IMG/VR virus record: IMGVR_UViG_2660237931_000002
Location: 1 to 64,000 of that record
DNA from: an uncultured virus (IMG/VR IMGVR_UViG_2660237931_000002)
Taxonomy: Duplodnaviria; Heunggongvirae; Uroviricota; Caudoviricetes
Length of the DNA: 64,000 nucleotides
Reading direction: 5' to 3' (one strand)
Positions within the stretch are counted from its first letter, which is position 1; each line of letters begins with the position of its first letter. The position numbers and the translations under genes were made by a program. Positions 58,571-64,000 of the stretch are shown piece after piece. The notes beneath the pieces were generated by a model, which saw nothing but the letters and a program-made list of their open reading frames with translations, made no database searches and was not told the origin of the DNA.

Positions 58571-60215
58571 GTACGCAAACGCGATAAAAACGGGCGAAAT
58601 TCCGGCCTGTAAGCGCGTAAAACAGGCCGTGGAAAGGTACTTTTCAGACCTGAGTGACCCCCGTTATGAGTTCGATACGGCGACCGTAGAGCGGTTTATT
58701 GCGTTCTCCCGGCTCTGTCCTCACGTCAAAGGACCGCTGCGCGGCCAGCCTATTGAACTGGAGCCGTGGCAACAATTTGCCTTTGCTAACCTGCTGGGAT
58801 TTAAAGTCAGGGAATCAGGCCGCCGGAAGTACAGCAGCGCCTTTATTGAAGTGCCGCGCAAGAATGCCAAATCTACCGTAGCCGCCATGCTGGCTAACTG
58901 GTTTCTGGTAATGGAGAAGGGCCAGCAGGATATCTATACGGCGGCGGTAAGCCGGGATCAGGCCCGTATTGTGTTCGACGATGCCCGTCAGATGTGCCTG
59001 CTGTCAAAACCGCTGAAAAAGCGCGTCAGTATTCAGGCGCACAAGGTCATTTACCCAAAGAGCAACAGCCTGTTAAAGCCGCTGGCGGCAAAAGCGGCCA
59101 CCATTGAAGGGACTAACCCCAGCCTGGCGATTGTCGATGAGTACCACCTTCACCCGGATAACGGCGTTTATTCCGCGCTTGAGCTGGGTATGGGCGCACG
59201 ACCGGAGGCGATTTTGTTCGCTATTACGACCGCCGGAAGTAATGTTGTCTCAGCCTGCAAACAGCATTATGACTACTGCTGCCAGATTCTGGCCGGGGAT
59301 GAGAGTAACGATTCGCTGTTTGTACTGATCTACGAGCTGGACGACGAAAGCGAGGTTGAGCAGCCTGAAATGTGGATCAAGGCTAACCCTAACCTTGATG
59401 TGTCCGTTGACGCGGCGAAACTGGAGTCCACCATCCAGAAAGCGCGGGGCATACCGTCGCAGTGGGTGGAAATGCTGACCAAACGTTTCAATATCTGGTG
59501 TCAGGGCTCCACTCCGTGGATGGGTGCCGGTGCATGGGACGCCTGTGCGCTCGACTATACCGAAGAAGATCTTGCAGGGATGGAGTGCTACGCAGGATTT
59601 GACCTGTCCTCAACCAGCGATATCACCAGCGTGAGCTACGCTTTCCCGTTCGACAGGGAGATCTGCCTGCTGACCCGCCATTATCTGCCGGAAGCGCAGT
59701 TGCTTAACGTCGCCAACAAAAACCGCGCTATCTACCGCCAGTGGGTGAAAGCGGGCTGGATACGCACCACACCCGGCGACTGTATCGACTATGACCGCAT
59801 TCGTGACGATATCCTGTGCGATGCTGAAATCTTCAATATCAGGCTGGTGGGCTTCGATACCTGGAACGCCACGCATCTGCGTACTCAGCTTCAGGGAGCA
59901 GGTCTCGATGTGGAGCCGTTTCCTCAAACCTATCTCAAGTTCAGCCCGGTAGCGAAATCCTTTGAGGTATTCGTCAACCGCAGGGTTGTGCGTCATCGTG
60001 GCGATCCTGTTCTCTCCTGGGCAATGGGTAATGTGGTTATGGAGTCTGACGCCAACGCCAATATCAAGCCTAACAAGAAGAAATCCGCTAACAAGATCGA
60101 CCCTGCTGTATCAGCGTTGATGGCGTTCGGTACTTTCCAGTCTGAGCACGAATATTTTGCTTTTGATATGAGTGACAGTCACAAAGAACGATTGGCGACA
60201 TTTAATGGTATTTGA
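58554..60215 (+). CDS. terL: Satellite terminase large subunit
   Basis: VPRKNAKST, AIVDEYH, ITTAG, GFDLS..SD, KIDPAV. Confidence 0.95.
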   Translation: MTVWDEYANAIKTGEIPACKRVKQAVERYFSDLSDPRYEFDTATVERFIAFSRLCPHVKGPLRGQPIELEPWQQFAFANLLGFKVRESGRRKYSSAFIEVPRKNAKSTVAAMLANWFLVMEKGQQDIYTAAVSRDQARIVFDDARQMCLLSKPLKKRVSIQAHKVIYPKSNSLLKPLAAKAATIEGTNPSLAIVDEYHLHPDNGVYSALELGMGARPEAILFAITTAGSNVVSACKQHYDYCCQILAGDESNDSLFVLIYELDDESEVEQPEMWIKANPNLDVSVDAAKLESTIQKARGIPSQWVEMLTKRFNIWCQGSTPWMGAGAWDACALDYTEEDLAGMECYAGFDLSSTSDITSVSYAFPFDREICLLTRHYLPEAQLLNVANKNRAIYRQWVKAGWIRTTPGDCIDYDRIRDDILCDAEIFNIRLVGFDTWNATHLRTQLQGAGLDVEPFPQTYLKFSPVAKSFEVFVNRRVVRHRGDPVLSWAMGNVVMESDANANIKPNKKKSANKIDPAVSALMAFGTFQSEHEYFAFDMSDSHKERLATFNGI

Positions 60216-60252
60216 GTATCGTTGCTGCTTATAAAACATAGTTCGGAAGTAA

Positions 60253-61320
60253 TTAAAAACGCTTAACTATTTGCATGTCTCTATGTATGTTTATCAATTT
60301 TGATGGGAAGGGGTAAAGAAAGTCCCTTCCAACAAATCCTATTAATGCTGTACATACTTCATTATAAATTACCTTTTTATTACTAGCTATGAATCCTTGA
60401 GCATAGATAGGGCCATAGCCTGGTGATAGCGAAGTTGTGAGTATGTTATCACCTTGCCTTTTTATTTGAGTAAAAAAACAATGTTTATCGGAAAATAAAG
60501 ATAGTTCATTATGCCCAAATGTAACCACTTGGAATTCTATGTCATATGGGTAATTTAATTCTTGGTGTATGAATAGTTGCTCCTTTAAATAAGGGATTGC
60601 TCGATATAAATGTAATAACTCTAGGCTAATGTTTGCATTGGTACCGTTTAACATATAACCGCCACCAGGCGAGATTATTGTTGTGCCATCATTTAGAGTG
60701 ATGAATGCATTTAAATGTTTTGTTCTTAAATTGTACCTTTCTTCGGGAGAGTATTTTTTACTTGCTGTAGCGTTTTTTATTATATATTTATCAAGTAGGT
60801 GTGGCCACTCGTCATATATAAGCTGAAGAAGGTTTTCATCTAAAAAAACCAAGTTTTTCTCTCCGTGTTTGTGACCAAATATTCCAAGTATATAGATATC
60901 ATTCTCATCAACTTTAGCAAATGCAATATTTTTTGTTCTTGTTATGTATCTTTTATGCTTTCCAGTGCCTTGAGGGTTTTCACCTAAGTGAAAGTGATGT
61001 AATCCAAAGTCATTTAGAAAGCCGTCATTAAAGTCTATTCTTTCCAGGTGATGGCTTTGGTAACTATTTATGTTTATGCCTGCTTGCATCTTATGAATTA
61101 ATGCAAAAAAGCCCTTAGTGTTATTTGACGGTATCTTTAATGTACTGTGCAAATGAACATTTCTTTTTTTAGGAGGTATAATTCGTATGGACATATTGAG
61201 CAGTAATTCTAAATAGTTTGATTCTCCATGCTTAGGCAGTTTGAATCCGGCATCTAAAAGAGTTTTTTTACAAATCGCATCTATTGATTGTCTAAAGTTA
61301 ATGCGTATGTTGTTTATCAT
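60253..61320 (-). CDS. AT-rich cargo protein, possibly toxin-like nuclease
   Basis: 355 aa, DGFLNDFGLHHFHLG..RT....F......IYILGIF.H motif; family call tentative. Confidence 0.7.
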   Translation of the reverse strand: MINNIRINFRQSIDAICKKTLLDAGFKLPKHGESNYLELLLNMSIRIIPPKKRNVHLHSTLKIPSNNTKGFFALIHKMQAGININSYQSHHLERIDFNDGFLNDFGLHHFHLGENPQGTGKHKRYITRTKNIAFAKVDENDIYILGIFGHKHGEKNLVFLDENLLQLIYDEWPHLLDKYIIKNATASKKYSPEERYNLRTKHLNAFITLNDGTTIISPGGGYMLNGTNANISLELLHLYRAIPYLKEQLFIHQELNYPYDIEFQVVTFGHNELSLFSDKHCFFTQIKRQGDNILTTSLSPGYGPIYAQGFIASNKKVIYNEVCTALIGFVGRDFLYPFPSKLINIHRDMQIVKRF

Positions 61321-61537
61321 GATATAGAGTCCCTCTTAATTATAACCGTTAGATAATTATTGTTGCTGCCTCTTTAACTCATTCTAAATGAGTGTATGGA
61401 AATTTTATAGCACTTAGCTCACATGATTTTACAGCTTTTTAAAGGGTATCTATTGCTACTGTCTAGCCCAATAGACACATGGCCATGAATGAGGGGTGTC
61501 TGTAATGGTGCGGTTAACAGACTAGTAAGTCTTACTT

Positions 61538-61560
61538 CTGTGTATTGCTGTGTGTATTGC
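61538..61560 (+). promoter_or_regulatory. Putative satellite integrase arm sites (right)
   Basis: CTGTGTATTGCTGTGTGTATTGC, 22/23 match to 44927-44949. Confidence 0.75.
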
Positions 61561-61666
61561 ACAAAGGACAAAACAAAGAGCTTGAATGAAATTCTTCCCT
61601 TTTTAATCAATGGATTAAAAATGCTTGCAATAAATATCACGAACATACTACTGATGCGCTTTACAC

Positions 61667-62996
61667 GGCTTTGTTGAATAAATAAGATTTCGTGCGAACG
61701 ACCCTGTAGCTGGCTGGATTTTCAGGCAATACGCACGCTTTCTGGCATCCCGGCCTTTGTCATCCTGTTCAACGCACGCACCATGGCCATAGCTTCCGAT
61801 ACCTGACCATCGTAGTCACGCAGCGTCAGTGAATCTCCCAACAACTGCTTCATTCTGTACATTGCCGTTTCCGCTATCGAGCGACGGTTATATTCCGTTG
61901 TCCATTTCCACCGTGCATTGCTTCCGCTCAGCCGCTGATTAGCAACGGCACGGTTGCGGTCTGCGTACTCACCGGGCCAGTAACCTGCTCCTTTTCGGGG
62001 AGGAATAAGCGCGCTGATTTTTTTGCGGCGCAGTTCATCGTGACAGAGCCGGGTATCGTAAGCCCCGTCTGCCGCGGCTGCCCTGATTTTTCTGTGAGTC
62101 TGCCGAATAAGGCCCGGGAAGGCTTCTGAGTCCGTGACGTTATTCAGCGACAGGTCTGCACAGACAACTTCATGTGTGTTGCTGTCAACAGCAAGATGCA
62201 ACTTTCGCCAGATACGACGGCGCTCTTTGCCGTGCTTTCTGACTTTCCATTCGCCTTCACCAAAGACCTTCAGCCCGGTGGAATCAATCACCAGGTGTGC
62301 GATTTCACCCCGGGTGGACGTTTTGAAACTGACATTAACCGACTTTGCCCGCTTACTGACACTGGTGTAATCCGGGCAGCGCAACGGAACGTTCATCAGG
62401 GCAAAAATGGAATCAATAAAACCCTGCGCAGCCCGCAGGGTCAGCCGGAATACGCGTTTAATCACCAGAACGGTGGTGATGGCGAGATCAGAATAGCGCT
62501 GGGGCCTTCCTCGTGATGAAGGCGTTGCCGACTCATACCAGGCCTGAATGGCCTCATCATCCAGCCAGAAAGTGAGGGAGCCACGGTTGATGAGAGCTTT
62601 GTTGTAGGTGGACCAGTTGGTGATTCTGAACTTTTGCTTTGCCACGGAATGGTCTGTGTTGTCGGGAGGATGCGTGATCTGATCCTTCAACTCAGCAAAA
62701 GTTCGATTTATTCAACAAAGCCAATCAGCGGCTGAGCGGAAGCAATGCACGGTGGAAATGGACAACGGAATATAACCGTCGCTCGATAGCGGAAACGGCA
62801 ATGTACAGAATGAAGCAGTTGTTGGGAGATTCACTGACGCTGCGTGACTACGATGGTCAGGTATCGGAAGCTATGGCCATGGTGCGTGCGTTGAACAGGA
62901 TGACAAAGGCTGGGATGCCAGAAAGCGTGCGTATTGCCTGAAAATCCAGCCAGCTACAGGGTCGTTCGCACGAAATCTTATTTATTCAACAAAGCC
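61667..62996. mobile_element. IS903-type (IS5 family) composite: full IS 61667-62722 plus inverted 274-bp right-end fragment
   Basis: GGCTTTGTTGAATAAAT IRs at 61667, ending 62722 and ending 62996; 9-bp duplication GCTTTACAC at 61658 and 62997. Confidence 0.95.
61722..62645 (-). CDS. IS903-type transposase (307 aa)
   Basis: KQKFRITNW..YNKALINRGSLTFW, IDSTGLK, ADGAYD, RSIAETAM. Confidence 0.95.
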   Translation of the reverse strand: MAKQKFRITNWSTYNKALINRGSLTFWLDDEAIQAWYESATPSSRGRPQRYSDLAITTVLVIKRVFRLTLRAAQGFIDSIFALMNVPLRCPDYTSVSKRAKSVNVSFKTSTRGEIAHLVIDSTGLKVFGEGEWKVRKHGKERRRIWRKLHLAVDSNTHEVVCADLSLNNVTDSEAFPGLIRQTHRKIRAAAADGAYDTRLCHDELRRKKISALIPPRKGAGYWPGEYADRNRAVANQRLSGSNARWKWTTEYNRRSIAETAMYRMKQLLGDSLTLRDYDGQVSEAMAMVRALNRMTKAGMPESVRIA

Positions 62997-62997
62997 G

Positions 62998-64000
62998 CTT
63001 TACACCACCATGACCACCGGTATGGGGGCTCGTGAACAACCGATGACACTGATCATCACCACTGCCGGCTATGACATTACATCCCCTTGCTATGAAAAGC
63101 GTACTCAGGTTGTCGAGATCCTGCGGAGAACCCGTAATGGCGAGGAAAATGAAACCATATTTGGGCTGATTTATGGCCTTGATGACGATGATGACTGGAC
63201 GACTCCTGAGGCATTAATCAAGGCAAACCCCAACTATGGCATTTCGGTAAAAGCAGATTTTCTCCGGGCGAAACAATTATTGGGTATGTCGACGCCCGGG
63301 CAGACAAACAAGATTCTGACCAAACATTTCAATCGCTGGGTAAGTGCAAAATCAGCTTATTACGACCTGAGAAAATGGATGGATGCGGCCGATAAAACCC
63401 TTAAGTTGTCAGATTTTGAAGGGGAGGAATGCTGGCTGGGTATCGATCTGGCCTCGAAAGTTGACCTCAATGCCGTGGTTCCGGTTTTTCGTCGTGAAAT
63501 AGACGGAATAACACATTTTTACTGTGTTTCTCCTCTGTTCTGGGCACCGGAAGAAACCATTTACTCGCAGGAGACCGCGCTGAAGAGTACCGCAGAACGT
63601 TATCAGTCCTTTATCCGGCAGGGGAAGTTGATCCCGACCGATGGCGGTGAAGTTGATTACAGACTGATATTTGAAACGATCCTGAAATTGCGGAATACCG
63701 TAAAAATTGCCCAATGCCCCATTGACCCTTATGGCGCGACTTCATTACGTCACATGCTCGAGGAAGAGGGGCTTGAGCCTGTCGAGATAAGACAAAATTT
63801 TACCCATATGAGTGATCCTATGAGAGAGATTGAGGCTGCGCTCATCTCGGGGAGATTCCATCATGACGGACACCCTGTCATGAACTGGTGTATTTCCAAT
63901 ATTGTCGGCCAGTATCTTCCCGGAAGTGACGATATTGTGCGTCCCGGGAAGGAAGGGCGGCAGAACAAGATAGATGGTGCGGTTGGTTTAATGATGGGGC
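62998..64000 (+). pseudogene. terL: Helper terminase large subunit, 3' part (open to window end)
   Basis: LYTTMTTGMGAREQP..IITTAG..KANPNYG..GIDLASKVDL..NKIDGAV; continues 44165-44800 in frame once both insertions are removed. Confidence 0.95.

Larger units (their letters stand above)
44790..61651 (+). mobile_element. Capsid-forming PICI (phage satellite) embedded in helper terL; 16,843-bp excisable unit
   Basis: Flanking repeats AATATCACGA(G/A)CATAC(A/T)AC at 44790 and 61633; int-alpA-primase-ori then capsid-protease-portal-closure-connector-HNH-terS-terL; no tail or lysis genes. Confidence 0.93.

Noticed and set aside
53860..60215. Second full prophage
   Set aside because: No tail, lysis or CI/Cro genes; order and alpA/primase/ori context match a cf-PICI.

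Overview
The whole window is lambdoid (HK97-type head, long non-contractile tail) phage DNA from an enterobacterium, probably Klebsiella (inferred from the icd fragment and the tail-spike anchor). 1-18 kb: head-tail, tail and receptor-binding genes, including an unusual tail-spike anchor fused to a CotH-type kinase and an Mtd/CLec-like fibre, followed by SOS morons. At 18.16 kb an attP-like junction (phage-21-type core plus icd 3' end) leads into int/xis, immunity and replication genes, a 1963-aa Hhe-like defence helicase, dinI, Q, pinholin/SAR-endolysin/spanin lysis genes, HNH, cos, terS and terL. An IS66 interrupts a gene before cos. terL is split exactly at its Walker B codons by a 16.8-kb capsid-forming PICI (44790-61651) with its own int, three alpA copies, primase, P4-like ori and full head/packaging module. 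Its AT-rich cargo includes a proteasome-beta-like Thr protease paired with a HEPN-like protein, a second HEPN protein and a toxin-like gene. An IS903-type composite lies 15 bp beyond the satellite's attR, so terL stays broken even if the satellite excises. The two phage halves together look like one circularly permuted ~47-kb genome, or a tandem lysogen. All protein family calls are from motif recognition, with no database search.
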